Assembly: GCA_965204735.1 (NCBI GenBank)
Contig: OZ242008.1
Span: 2,880,001 to 2,944,000 of the forward strand
DNA length: 64,000 nt
Source of the DNA: Longimicrobiales bacterium
GTDB taxonomy: Bacteria > Gemmatimonadota > Gemmatimonadetes > Longimicrobiales > Gaopeijiaceae
Direction: 5' to 3'
The notes under the pieces were generated by a model that saw only the letters and a program-made list of their open reading frames with translations, ran no database searches and was not told where the DNA came from. The position numbers and the translations under genes were made by a program. Position 1 is the first letter of the stretch. Each line of letters starts with the position of its first letter. Positions 1 through 10,131 of this stretch are shown in pieces.

Positions 1-3000
1 CGCCGTTCAGCTCCAATGCGTCGGCCGCGACGCTCAGCCCGTCGGCGTCCCGGTCGCTCGCCTGCACCACGTACTTGAACACCTGTCGCGCCGGCGTATT
101 CGTGAACTGATGCGAGTAGGTCGCGTGCCGCGTCGAGTCCCCGATCTCGAGGGCGATCCGCGGCCGGCCTCCCGTCGTGTCCACGGCAACGGCCCGGTCG
201 AAGTGCACGCTCGCGTAGAGCACTTCGCCCCGCGTGTACGTGCTGTCCCGCGACGGAGGCGGACCGACGGCCAGCCACTGCACTTCTGCAACTCCCGCTC
301 GGCTGCCGTCCACCTTGTGCGCCGCGCTCGTCGGCACCGTGGCGCGCGTCAGAACGGCAGCCGTCGTGTCCCCCGGCGCCGTGATCGTGCCGCCGTTCAG
401 CTCCACCGCGTTGGACCCGATGCTCAGCCCGTCCGTGTCCGTGTCCCCAGCCCGCACCACGTAGCCAAATCTGATGTGCGCTTGCGCGCGTGAAGGGCCC
501 AGGTACGTCGCGTACCGCGTCGAGTCCCCCACCTGCAACGCGATCCGCGGCCGTCCTCCGACCGTGTCCACCGACGCGACACGATCGAAGCCGATCGTCA
601 CCTCGATCCGCTCGCCTCGAAGGTACGTGTCCCCCTTCACCGGAGCGTTGAACGCCGCCCATCGCACGTGCGGAGCACCCACGCGGCCGCCGTCCACCTT
701 GTGTCCCGTCGGAAACAGCCCGATGTGCGACAGCACCGCGGGCGTAGTGTCGCCCAGCAGGGTGATCGAGCCGCCGTTCGCCGACAACCCGTTCGCCTTG
801 ATGCTGACGCCGTCCGCGTCCCGGTCTCCTGCCTGCACGACGTAAACGAACAGCAACTCCCAAGGTCTGCCACGAGGGGGACCCCGGTACGTCGCATACC
901 GCGTCGAATCCCCGATCTCCAGCGCGACCCGGGGCCGGCCTCCCGTCGTGTCCACCGCCACGTCCCTGTCGAAGGACACCCCCACCAAGAACGTCTCGCC
1001 TCGCGTGTACGTGTCGCCGCCCGACGGGGGCGGGCCGATGGAGGTCCGCAGCACCTTCGGCGCCTGAACGCTTTGCCCGTCCACCTTTCGTTGCGGATCG
1101 GCCGGCACCGAATCATGCGACAGGGCTGCATGGATGCTCGTGTCGGCCGCCGACCGGATCGTCGCTCCGCTCGGCAGCGACAATGCGTTCGCCGGAAAGC
1201 TGATGCCGTCTGCGTCCATGTCCGCCGCCTGCACGACGTACTCGAACGTCAGCGGCCCTCGCCCTCCGTACTCGTCGGCGACCAGCTGCCGTGTACCCGT
1301 CCCCACGTTCATCGTCAGCCGCGGCCTGCCCGTCACACGCACGTCCACGTTAAAGTAGACCGACGCCTCTATGCGCTCGTTCCACGTGTACGTGTTGCCG
1401 CTTGCCGGCGGATCGTCGGTCAACGTGACCACGGGTCGGGGAGTCGGCTTCACGCTCCCGTTCACTCTGCGGCTGCTGTCGGCCGGAAGCCCTCCATGGT
1501 CCAGCCTCGCCCGCGTCACGCCGTCCGAGTCCGCCTTCAGCATGCCGCCGTTCAGGCTCAACGCGCCCTTCGGCACCCGCACGCCGTCCGAGTCCATCGC
1601 CCCACGCCCCACCACATACGTAAATAGAAGCGCACTGCCCCCCATCCGAAGCCTCCAGCTCGACCGCACCTGCACCGTGTCCGTCCCCACTTCCAGCGAC
1701 ACCCACGCCCTATCGTCCAAAATCAACTTCTGATCAAAGCGCGCCAGTATCCGTATCCGCTCTCCGAATCCGTACACGCCCGCCGACGGCGGGACGCTCG
1801 AAGGCGGATCGTAGAACTCCAGGCTCGTGATCCGTGGCCTGCCGTCCACCTTTCTCGCCGGGTCGGCCCTGACGCCCCCGTGGGCGAGGACCGCATTGGT
1901 GGCGCTGTCGGCGTCGCTCGTGATCGTCCCGCCGTTCAGGCGCAAGGCGTTGGCCGCGATGCTCGCGCCGCCGGGAGCCAGGTCGCCTGCCTGCACTGCA
2001 TACGAGAACGTCAGCCGCGTCCGCGTCCCTGGCCGATCGGACAGCGTCGCTTGCCTGGCGCCCCCGCCGATCTTCAACGTCAAGCTTGGCGTTCCGCCCG
2101 TCGTGCTCACCAACACGCGACGGTCGAAGGCGACCCTGGCCTGGATCATCTCGCCGTAGCCGTAGGTGCCGCCACTGGCGGGCGAGTTGCTGAACGTCAC
2201 GCTGCGCACCCTCGGCGGCCGGTACTTGCTGCCGTCCACCTTGCGTGACGCGCCGCCCGCCGCCGAGTCGTGGGCAATGTTCGCGTGGGCCGAAGTATCG
2301 TTCTGCGCAGTGATCCGCGCGCCGTTCAGCTTCAAGCCGCTCGCAGGAACGCTCACGCCGTCGCCGTCGAAGTCGTCCGCCTGAACCCGGTACCGGAAGT
2401 CCAAGTAGTTCTGCCTCTTGGAGCCGAATTCGGCTCGCCGAGTCGTCGTGCCGATGGTCAGATCCAGATAGGGCTTGCCGCCCTTTGTGCTCAGCGCGAC
2501 GTGCTGCGTGAAGAACACGCGCACCCGCACCACTTCGTCCCGATAGTACGTGCTGTCGCCGTCCGCCAAGCCGCGGAAGTTGAACCGCTGCACGGTCAGC
2601 GCCGACGACTGGGCGCCAACCACCGCCCCGGTTGCCAAACCGCCCTCCGCATCGTCTTCTTGATGCATCGAGACCGCCGTTGCGTCCTCCGAAAGCGTTT
2701 CCCGCTCGGCGTCAAAGTCTCCAGCGTCGCCAATCGACGGCGTTTCGCTGCTTGCCGCATCCACTGCCTCCGGGTCCCCGTCGGCGTCCAGCCCGTCGGC
2801 CTCCAAGCCGCATTCGAGCAACTCGACCTGGGCCGTGAAGCTCAAGGTCGCCGAGTCCCCGTCCGCGTCCGTCGCCGTGTAGCGGTAGGTGGTGACCGGC
2901 TGCTCCCGCTCGGGCGTGCCGGCTATCGTCCGACGCCCGGCATCGAACGCCAGCCCCAGAGGCAGCGCGGGCGCCAGCCCGTACGTCAGAGGCGCGTCGC

Positions 3001-6000
3001 CCCCCTCGGCCGCAGGCAGCTGCACGGCCCGGATCTCGCAGGCCCGGACCCAGCGCTGCGCCGGAACCACCGCGTCGCCGAACGAAGGCGCCAGGTCTTC
3101 GCCGTCGTCGTCCACGATCGTGCCGGCGATCAGCGCCGTGGATACCGCCAGCAGCGACGAATCGGTGGCAGACAGCCGCAGAACCACGGTCTCGTCGAGT
3201 TCCTGAAGCGTGTCCCCCAGGACCATCACGTCGATCGACTTCGTCGTCTCCCCCGGCTCGAAGAAGAGGGTGTCCGGCACAACTTCCTCGTAGTCGGCGC
3301 CCGACGTGGCCGTGCCCGTGCCAGCGTCGGCGTAGTACAGCGCCAAGCCGCGGCCGCTGGGGCGGTCCAGCGCAAGCGTGAACGTCAGGCGCCGGCCCTC
3401 GCCGTTGCCCTCTTCGACCGAAGGCGAGTCGCCCGAAAGGGTCGGCGCGTCGTCGTCGTCCACGATCGTGCCCACGCCCCTTGCGCCGCCGTTCGGAAGG
3501 TCCGCGTTGACCGGGCCGGCCAGCGCCAGCACGATCGTCTCGACCGGCTCGTCCAGCGCGTCGCCCCTCACCGTCACTTCCACCGTCTGGGCCGTGTCGC
3601 CCGCGGCGAACACCACCGTGCCGGGCATCACCGCGTCGTAGTCGCCGCCGGGCGTCGCCGTGCCCGTGCCGGCGTCTGCGTACCGGACCGTCACCTGCCT
3701 GGCCGACGGCGCGCTGAGCGACACCGTGAAGGAGAGGGCGACCGCCTCTCCGGGCCCAGGTTCGCGGACCGTGGCCGAGTCGATCGACACGGTCGGCCTG
3801 GACCCGTCGTCGTCCACGATCGTGCCCGTCACCCTCCTGCTGGCCAGCTCGGCGTTCGTCGCGCCGCTCAGTGCCAGAACCACCGTCTCGTCGTCCTCGA
3901 CCTCGTCGTCACCCCGCACCGTGACGCTCACCGTCTTGAGCGTCTCGCCCGGCTCGAACGTCAGCGTATCTGCTTCGATCGCCGCGTAGTCCACGCCCGC
4001 CGTCGCCGTCCCGCTGCCCGCATCCGCGTACGCCACCGTCACACGAGACGCCGACGACGGCGCCAGCCACACCTCGAACTCCAGCGCCGCCTCGGCACCC
4101 GCGCCGCCCTCGACCGCGCTCGTCCCGCCCGCAGCCAGCGTCGGCCCCTGCGGCCGGTACCGGCTGCCGTCCACCTTCCGCGACGGTCCACCCTCCGCCG
4201 CGCCATGCGCCACGTCCGCCTCGACCGTGCCGTCCTGCGTCGTGACCCGCCCCCCGTTCAGCTTCAGCCCGTTCGCCGGAACGCCCACGCCGTCGCCGTC
4301 GAAGTCGTCCGCCTGCACACGATACTCGAACTGCAGCCGCCGGTTGTCCGGCGAAGCGACGAGCCCGGCCCGCCGAGTCGCCGCGCCCACCGTCAGCTCG
4401 ACGTACGGCCTGCCTCCCGCCACGTCCGCCGCGATCGGCTGCGTGAACACCACGCGCACACGCACCGCCTCGCCCAGGTAGTACGTGCTGTCGCCCTCCG
4501 CCAAGCCGACGAAGAGGACCCGCTGCACCGACGGCGCCGGCGGAGGCGGAGGAGGCGCCTCGTCGTCGTCCACGATCGTCCCCGTCGCCGTCGCCGTCGC
4601 CAGCTCGGCGCCGCTCGCGCCGCTCAGCGCCAGAACCACCGTCTCGTCGTCCTCGACCTCGTCGTCGCCCCGCACCGTCACGCTCACCGTCTGCACCGTG
4701 TCGCCCGGCTCGAACGTCAGCGCGCCCGCCTCGATCTCCGCGTAGTCCACCCCCGCCGTCGCCGTCCCGCTCCCCGCGTCCGCGTACCCCACCGTCACGC
4801 GGTCCGCCGACGCCGGCGCCAGCCGCACCTCGAACTCGAGCGCCGTCTCGGCGCCCGCGCCGCCCTCGACCACGCTCGTCCCGCCCGCAGCCAGCGTCGG
4901 CCCCTGCGGCCGGTACCGGCTGCCGTCCACCTTCCGCGACGGTCCACCCTCCGCCGCGCCGTGGGCCACGTCCGCCTCGACCGTGCCGTCCTGCGTCGTG
5001 ACCCGCCCCCCGTTCAGCTTCAGCCCGTTCGCCGGAACGCCCACGCCGTCGCCGTCGAAGTCGTCCGCCTGCACACGATACTCGAACTGCAGCCGCCGGT
5101 TGTCCGGCGAAGCGACGAGCCCGGCCCGCCGAGTCGCCGCGCCCACCGTCAGCTCGACGTACGGCCTGCCTCCCGCCACGTCCGCCGCGATCGGCTGCGT
5201 GAACACCACGCGCACACGCACCGCCTCGCCCAGGTAGTACGTGCTGTCGCCCTCCGCCAAGCCGACGAAGAGGACCCGCTGCACCGACGGCGCCGGCGGA
5301 GGCGGAGGAGGCGCCTCGTCGTCGTCCACGATCGTCCCCGTCGCCGTCGCCGTCGCCAGCTCGGCGCCGCTCGCGCCGCTCAGCGCCAGAACCACCGTCT
5401 CGTCGTCCTCGACCTCGTCGTCGCCCCGCACCGTCACGCTCACCGTCTGCACCGTGTCGCCCGGCTCGAACGTCAGCGTGCCCGCCTCGATCTCCGCGTA
5501 GTCCACCCCCGCCGTCGCCGTCCCGCTCCCCGCGTCCGCGTACCCCACCGTCACGCGGTCCGCCGACGCCGGCGCCAGCCGCACCTCGAACTCGAGCGCC
5601 GTCTCGGCGCCCGCGCCGCCCTCGACCACGCTCGTCCCGCCCGCAGCCAGCGTCGGCCCCTGCGGCCGATACCGGCTGCCGTCCACCTTCCGCGACGGTC
5701 CACCCTCCGCCGCGCCGTGCGCCACGTCCGCCTCGACCGTGCCGTCCTGCGTCGTGACCCGCCCCCCGTTCAGCTTCAGCCCGTTCGCCGGAACGCCCAC
5801 GCCGTCGCCGTCGAAGTCGTCCGCCTGCACACGATACTCGAACTGCAGCCGCCGGTTGTCCGGCGAAGCGACGAGCCCGGCCCGCCGAGTCGTCGCGCCC
5901 ACCGTCAGCTCGACGTACGGCCTGCCTCCCGCCACGTCCGCCGCGATCGGCTGCGTGAACACCACGCGCACACGCACCGCCTCGCCCAGGTAGTACGTGC

Positions 6001-7714
6001 TGTCGCCCTCCGCCAAGCCGACGAAGAGGACCCGCTGCACCGACGGCGCCGGCGGAGGCGGAGGAGGCGCCTCGTCGTCGTCCACGATCGTCCCCGTCGC
6101 CGTCGCCGTCGCCGTCGCCAGCTCGGCGCCGCTCGCGCCGCTCAGCGCCAGAACCACCGTCTCGTCGTCCTCGACCTCGTCGTCGCCCCGCACCGTCACG
6201 CTCACCCTCTGCACCGTGTCGCCCGGCTCGAACGTCAGCGCGCCCGCCTCGATCTCCGCGTAGTCCACCCCCGCCGTCGCCGTCCCGCTCCCCGCGTCCG
6301 CGTACCCCACCGTCACGCGGTCCGCCGACGCCGGCGCCAGCCGCACCTCGAACTCGAGCGCCGTCTCGGCGCCCGCGCCGCCCTCGACCACGCTCGTCCC
6401 GCCCGCAGCCAGCGTCGGCCCCTGCGGCCGATACCGGCTGCCGTCCACCTTCCGCGACGGTCCCCCCTCCGCCGCGCCGTGGGCCACGTCCGCCTCGACC
6501 GTGCCGTCCTGCGTCGTGACCCGCCCCCCGTTCAGCTTCAGCCCGTTCGCCGGAACGCCCACGCCGTCGCCGTCGAAGTCGTCCGCCTGCACACGGTACT
6601 CGAACTGCAGCCGCCGGTTGTCCGGCGAAGCGACGAGCCCGGCCCGCCGAGTCGTCGCGCCCACCGTCAGCTCGACGTACGGCCTGCCTCCCGCCACGTC
6701 CGCCGCGATCGGCTGCGTGAACACCACGCGCACACGCACCGCCTCGCCCAGGTAGTACGTGCTGTCGCCCTCCGCCAAGCCGACGAAGAGGACCCGCTGC
6801 ACCGACGGCGCCGGCGGAGGCGGAGGAGGCGCCTCGTCGTCGTCCACGATCGTCCCCGTCGCCGTCGCCGTCGCCAGCTCGGCGCCGCTCGCGCCGCTCA
6901 GCGCCAGAACCACCGTCTCGTCGTCCTCGACCTCGTCGTCGCCCCGCACCGTCACGCTCACCCTCTGCACCGTGTCGCCCGGCTCGAACGTCAGCGCGCC
7001 CGCCTCGATCTCCGCGTAGTCCACCCCCGCCGTCGCCGTCCCGCTCCCCGCGTCCGCGTACCCCACCGTCACGCGGTCCGCCGACGCCGGCGCCAGCCGC
7101 ACCTCGAACTCGAGCGCCGTCTCGGCGCCCGCGCCGCCCTCGACCACGCTCGTCCCGCCCGCAGCCAGCGTCGGCCCCCGCGGCCGGTACCGGCTGCCGT
7201 CCACCTTCCGCGACGGCCCCCCCTCCGCCGCGCCGTGCGCCACGTCCGCCGCAACCGTGCCGTCCTGCGTCGTGACGCGCCCCCCGTTCAGCTTCAGCCC
7301 GTTCGCCGGAACGCCCACGCCGTCGCCGTCGAAGTCGTCCGCCTGCACACGGTACTCGAACTGCAGCCGCCGGTTCGCCGGCGAAGCGACGAGCTCGGCG
7401 CGCCGAGTCGTCGCGCCCACCGTCAGCTCGACGTACGGCCTGCCTCCCGCCACGTCCGCCGCGATCGGCTGCGTGAACACCACGCGCACACGCACCGCCT
7501 CGCCCAGGTAGTACGTGCTGTCGCCCTCCGCCAAGCCGACGAAGAGAATCCGTTGCACGCCGGGCGTCTGGGCTTCGGCTCCCGACGGCGCCGCACCGAT
7601 CAACGCCGGCAAGAAGGCTGTGACGAGAGCGAGACGAATCCACGCCGTGCTAAGGCGTCTAGGGCCACAAGCGTCCGGGTAGGCCGCTGTGGCCGCTGTG
7701 GCCGTTCCGTTCAC
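1..7714 (-). CDS. Giant repetitive surface adhesin, 3' end outside window (>2570 aa): about 7 Calx-beta domains, one putative Ig (He_PIG-like) domain and about 11 copies of a ~120-aa Ig-like repeat
   Basis: Hand translation of the minus strand: GTG at 7714 with GGGAGGG RBS; signal-peptide-like LALVTAFLPALIGAAPSGAEAQ; Calx-beta signature GTATAGVDY..LTFEPGDT..V.V.GDDEVEDDETVVLALS..GTIVDDD; He_PIG-like LPLGLAFDAGRRTIAGTP; repeated FEYRVQADDFDGDG..LKLNGG. Same frame at 7714 and at position 2, with no stop in the segments read. Absent from the ORF track because it has no stop in the window. Confidence 0.88.
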   Translation of the reverse strand, partial: MNGTATAATAAYPDACGPRRLSTAWIRLALVTAFLPALIGAAPSGAEAQTPGVQRILFVGLAEGDSTYYLGEAVRVRVVFTQPIAADVAGGRPYVELTVGATTRRAELVASPANRRLQFEYRVQADDFDGDGVGVPANGLKLNGGRVTTQDGTVAADVAHGAAEGGPSRKVDGSRYRPRGPTLAAGGTSVVEGGAGAETALEFEVRLAPASADRVTVGYADAGSGTATAGVDYAEIEAGALTFEPGDTVQRVSVTVRGDDEVEDDETVVLALSGASGAELATATATGTIVDDDEAPPPPPPAPSVQRVLFVGLAEGDSTYYLGEAVRVRVVFTQPIAADVAGGRPYVELTVGATTRRAGLVASPDNRRLQFEYRVQADDFDGDGVGVPANGLKLNGGRVTTQDGTVEADVAHGAAEGGPSRKVDGSRYRPQGPTLAAGGTSVVEGGAGAETALEFEVRLAPASADRVTVGYADAGSGTATAGVDYAEIEAGALTFEPGDTVQRVSVTVRGDDEVEDDETVVLALSGASGAELATATATATGTIVDDDEAPPPPPPAPSVQRVLFVGLAEGDSTYYLGEAVRVRVVFTQPIAADVAGGRPYVELTVGATTRRAGLVASPDNRRLQFEYRVQADDFDGDGVGVPANGLKLNGGRVTTQDGTVEADVAHGAAEGGPSRKVDGSRYRPQGPTLAAGGTSVVEGGAGAETALEFEVRLAPASADRVTVGYADAGSGTATAGVDYAEIEAGTLTFEPGDTVQTVSVTVRGDDEVEDDETVVLALSGASGAELATATATGTIVDDDEAPPPPPPAPSVQRVLFVGLAEGDSTYYLGEAVRVRVVFTQPIAADVAGGRPYVELTVGAATRRAGLVASPDNRRLQFEYRVQADDFDGDGVGVPANGLKLNGGRVTTQDGTVEADVAHGAAEGGPSRKVDGSRYRPQGPTLAAGGTSVVEGGAGAETALEFEVRLAPASADRVTVGYADAGSGTATAGVDYAEIEAGALTFEPGDTVQTVSVTVRGDDEVEDDETVVLALSGASGAELATATATGTIVDDDEAPPPPPPAPSVQRVLFVGLAEGDSTYYLGEAVRVRVVFTQPIAADVAGGRPYVELTVGAATRRAGLVASPDNRRLQFEYRVQADDFDGDGVGVPANGLKLNGGRVTTQDGTVEADVAHGAAEGGPSRKVDGSRYRPQGPTLAAGGTSAVEGGAGAEAALEFEVWLAPSSASRVTVAYADAGSGTATAGVDYAAIEADTLTFEPGETLKTVSVTVRGDDEVEDDETVVLALSGATNAELASRRVTGTIVDDDGSRPTVSIDSATVREPGPGEAVALSFTVSLSAPSARQVTVRYADAGTGTATPGGDYDAVMPGTVVFAAGDTAQTVEVTVRGDALDEPVETIVLALAGPVNADLPNGGARGVGTIVDDDDAPTLSGDSPSVEEGNGEGRRLTFTLALDRPSGRGLALYYADAGTGTATSGADYEEVVPDTLFFEPGETTKSIDVMVLGDTLQELDETVVLRLSATDSSLLAVSTALIAGTIVDDDGEDLAPSFGDAVVPAQRWVRACEIRAVQLPAAEGGDAPLTYGLAPALPLGLAFDAGRRTIAGTPEREQPVTTYRYTATDADGDSATLSFTAQVELLECGLEADGLDADGDPEAVDAASSETPSIGDAGDFDAERETLSEDATAVSMHQEDDAEGGLATGAVVGAQSSALTVQRFNFRGLADGDSTYYRDEVVRVRVFFTQHVALSTKGGKPYLDLTIGTTTRRAEFGSKRQNYLDFRYRVQADDFDGDGVSVPASGLKLNGARITAQNDTSAHANIAHDSAAGGASRKVDGSKYRPPRVRSVTFSNSPASGGTYGYGEMIQARVAFDRRVLVSTTGGTPSLTLKIGGGARQATLSDRPGTRTRLTFSYAVQAGDLAPGGASIAANALRLNGGTITSDADSATNAVLAHGGVRADPARKVDGRPRITSLEFYDPPSSVPPSAGVYGFGERIRILARFDQKLILDDRAWVSLEVGTDTVQVRSSWRLRMGGSALLFTYVVGRGAMDSDGVRVPKGALSLNGGMLKADSDGVTRARLDHGGLPADSSRRVNGSVKPTPRPVVTLTDDPPASGNTYTWNERIEASVYFNVDVRVTGRPRLTMNVGTGTRQLVADEYGGRGPLTFEYVVQAADMDADGISFPANALSLPSGATIRSAADTSIHAALSHDSVPADPQRKVDGQSVQAPKVLRTSIGPPPSGGDTYTRGETFLVGVSFDRDVAVDTTGGRPRVALEIGDSTRYATYRGPPRGRPWELLFVYVVQAGDRDADGVSIKANGLSANGGSITLLGDTTPAVLSHIGLFPTGHKVDGGRVGAPHVRWAAFNAPVKGDTYLRGERIEVTIGFDRVASVDTVGGRPRIALQVGDSTRYATYLGPSRAQAHIRFGYVVRAGDTDTDGLSIGSNAVELNGGTITAPGDTTAAVLTRATVPTSAAHKVDGSRAGVAEVQWLAVGPPPSRDSTYTRGEVLYASVHFDRAVAVDTTGGRPRIALEIGDSTRHATYSHQFTNTPARQVFKYVVQASDRDADGLSVAADALELNG
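3805..7547. repeat. Intragenic tandem repeat, about 5 copies of a 756-bp (252-aa) Ig-like + Calx-beta unit
   Basis: Identical shadow ORFs recur at 4227, 4983, 5739, 6501 and 7257 (spacing 756, 756, 762, 756). Copies are nearly identical. One copy carries an extra CGTCGC hexamer near 6100-6118. Confidence 0.95.
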
Positions 7715-7895
7715 CGAGGTCCCTCCCGTGCAGCCGCTCCTATCGCTTTCAACTTACGACCGGCGGAAAATGCGGGCAACCAGACATTACTGGTCTCGTC
7801 CAGAGAGTATTCTCCCAGGCGGTCGAATGGAGTAACGTTTTCGTCCCACCAGGTCACCCCGAGAAGGCCCCTCACCCCGCGAAGGCCCCCAACGA

Positions 7896-9041
7896 ATGCC
7901 AGGACTTCTTCCAAATGTGGACCCCGACGGGCTCCTCGAGTACTCCGTCGTCTTCACCGACCGCTCGCTGAACCACATGTCGGCCGCGTTCAGGCAGGTG
8001 ATGAAGGACATCTCCGCGACTCTCAAGTCCGTCTACGGGGCGCACGCCGCGGCCGTCGTGCCCGGCGGCGGCACCTACGCCATGGAAGCGGTCGCGCGCC
8101 AGTTCGCAGCCGAGCGGCGCTGCGTCGTGCTCCGCAATGGCTGGTTCAGCTATCGCTGGACCCAGATCCTGGACACCGGCGACATCCCCTCCGGCGCCAC
8201 CGTCCTCCAGGCGCGACGCGCCGACGACAGCGCGCAACCCGCGTTCGCGCCTCCGCCGATCGAGGAAGTGGTCCGGGCCATCGAGTCGGAGCGGCCCGCG
8301 GTCGTGTTCGCGCCTCACGTCGAGACGTCCTCGGGCATCGTCCTGCCCGACGACTACATGGCCGCCGTGGCCGACGCCGCCCGCTCCGTCGGCGCGCTGT
8401 TCGTCCTCGACGGCATCGCCTCGGGCGCGATCTGGGTGGACATGGCCCGCGTGGGAGTCGACGTGCTGATCAGCGCACCGCAGAAGGGGTGGAGCGGGTC
8501 GCCGTGCGCCGGACTGGTCATGCTGGGGCCGGCCGCGATGGAGCAGATCGGGTCCACCACGAACAGCAGCTTCTCGTGCGACTTGGCAATGTGGCTGCGG
8601 GTCATGGAAGCATACGAGAACGACGGCCACACCTACCACTGCACCATGCCCACCGACGCCCTCAAGATGCTTCGGGACGCCATGGACGAGACTCGGGCGA
8701 TGGGATTCGACACGGCCCGGGCGCGCCAGCAGGAGCTGGGGGGCCGGGTCCGGACGCTGCTGGCGGGCCGGGGGTTCAAGAGCGTGGCCGCCGACGGCTT
8801 CGGAGCGCCGGGGGTCGTGGTGAGCCACACCCGCGACAAGGGCGTCCACGACGGCAGCAAGTTCGCGGCGGCCGGCCTTCAGATCGCTGCAGGGGTTCCC
8901 TTGCGATGCGGCGAGCCGATCGGCTTCCGCACCTTCCGGCTGGGGCTCTTCGGGCTGGACAAGCTCAAGGACGTGGACCGGACCGTGCGGACGCTGGAAG
9001 GGGCGCTGGACCGGCTCGGAGCCGAAGGGGCGGCGCAATGA
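7896..9041 (+). CDS. Class V PLP aminotransferase (serine-pyruvate/alanine-glyoxylate family)
   Basis: LLEYSVVFTDRSLNHMS start, HVETSSG, LDGIASG, DVLISAPQKGW (PLP lysine). Confidence 0.9.
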   Translation: MPGLLPNVDPDGLLEYSVVFTDRSLNHMSAAFRQVMKDISATLKSVYGAHAAAVVPGGGTYAMEAVARQFAAERRCVVLRNGWFSYRWTQILDTGDIPSGATVLQARRADDSAQPAFAPPPIEEVVRAIESERPAVVFAPHVETSSGIVLPDDYMAAVADAARSVGALFVLDGIASGAIWVDMARVGVDVLISAPQKGWSGSPCAGLVMLGPAAMEQIGSTTNSSFSCDLAMWLRVMEAYENDGHTYHCTMPTDALKMLRDAMDETRAMGFDTARARQQELGGRVRTLLAGRGFKSVAADGFGAPGVVVSHTRDKGVHDGSKFAAAGLQIAAGVPLRCGEPIGFRTFRLGLFGLDKLKDVDRTVRTLEGALDRLGAEGAAQ

Positions 9042-9517
9042 GCAAACGCGCCAAGGTGGTCGCCGAGTTCGACGTGACCTCGTGGGATCAGAAGCCCTAC
9101 GAGGGCGTCCCCGGAGGACCAGCGCTCGGAGAGGCGGTCGTGGGAAAGAGCTACCGGGGCGACCTCGAGGGAACGGGCAAGGCCCGGCTGCTCATGTGCC
9201 GAGCGGAGGGCCAAGCCGGCGAGGCTGGGGCTGGCGAAGGGAACGCAGGCGAGAAAGAGACCGACGGCGGGCCTTCCAACGCCGGCTACGTGGCTTCGGA
9301 GCAGATCGTCGGACGGCTGGAAGGTCGAGAGGGCGCCTTCGTCGTTCAGCACTGGGGCGTTGCGGCGGCCGGGGCGACGCCATGGACCGCCGGGCACGTG
9401 GTCCCGGGGTCGGGCACCGGAGAGCTGAAGGGGCTGACGGGGACCGTGGAGATCGCCGTGGACGCCGACGGCAGGCACACGCTGACGCTGGAGTACTCGA
9501 TTCCCGGAGCAAGCTAG
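9038..9517 (+). CDS. DUF3224-family protein
   Basis: ATGA overlap with the upstream gene; MSKRAKVVAEFDVTSWDQ..Y.GDLEG..G.LEGREG.FVVQH..VVPGSGTGELKGL.G. This is the real C-terminal part of ORF 2270..9517. Confidence 0.8.
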   Translation: MSKRAKVVAEFDVTSWDQKPYEGVPGGPALGEAVVGKSYRGDLEGTGKARLLMCRAEGQAGEAGAGEGNAGEKETDGGPSNAGYVASEQIVGRLEGREGAFVVQHWGVAAAGATPWTAGHVVPGSGTGELKGLTGTVEIAVDADGRHTLTLEYSIPGAS

Positions 9518-9567
9518 GACCGGGGCTCCTCGCGCTCGTCGGCGCGCCGCCGGGTCTTCCGAAGGGC

Positions 9568-10131
9568 CTACTCCGACGGCCCCCAGCGGTAGCTGAACTC
9601 GGGCAGGGGCACCAGCGCCGTCCGGGGCGGCCGCGTGTCCTCGGGGTCGGGCCGCCGAAGGGCCAGCGCCCGGTTCAGGTGCACGGTCGCGGCGACGGCA
9701 TGCTTGCCCGCGAACGTCCACTCGAATCCGACGGGGAAGCGCGCGATCAGCCCGAACCCCCGACCCGCTTCGGCGCTCGCCGTCATCCCCCACAGCCCGA
9801 CGCCCACGAAGGGCTCCACCGCGTAGGACCCGACGTACTGCTTGGCGGTGACCGACACGCTGGCGTCGCGGAAGCCCCAAGTGCCCAGCTGCACTTCCAC
9901 GCCTCGGTGCGCCCAGCGGTACTCGGCGACCAGCGCCACAGTGCTCGCGCCGCCGGCCGATATGCCGAGGCGGTACTGGGCTGCGACGGGCGCCGGGGCG
10001 GTTGCCAGAACCCCGACAAGGGCCAGAGCCAGGCAAGCGGCCGCGTAGGCGGGAAGGGAAGCGGCGGCCGTCGGGGCGGGCGGCGAGTCGCGACGCGCGG
10101 CCGGACGCCGAGGGCGCCAGTGCGGAGTCAT
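9568..10131 (-). CDS. Secreted hypothetical protein, probable small outer-membrane beta-barrel
   Basis: Hydrophobic signal ending PVAA/Q, then alternating amphipathic strands (YRLGISAG, PFVGVGLW, FPVGFEWTF, FSYRW); start overlaps the ankyrin gene stop. Confidence 0.55.
   Translation of the reverse strand: MTPHWRPRRPAARRDSPPAPTAAASLPAYAAACLALALVGVLATAPAPVAAQYRLGISAGGASTVALVAEYRWAHRGVEVQLGTWGFRDASVSVTAKQYVGSYAVEPFVGVGLWGMTASAEAGRGFGLIARFPVGFEWTFAGKHAVAATVHLNRALALRRPDPEDTRPPRTALVPLPEFSYRWGPSE

Noticed and set aside
1..7714. Diversity-generating retroelement acting on the adhesin repeats
   Set aside because: No reverse transcriptase in the window, and differences between copies are not obviously adenine-specific.
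2270..9037. 2415-aa plus-strand ORF 2270..9517 and 1244-aa minus-strand ORF 3909..7643
   Set aside because: Arg/Gly-rich shadow frames of the adhesin and aminotransferase genes. Only the last 159 aa (9038-9517) is a real protein.
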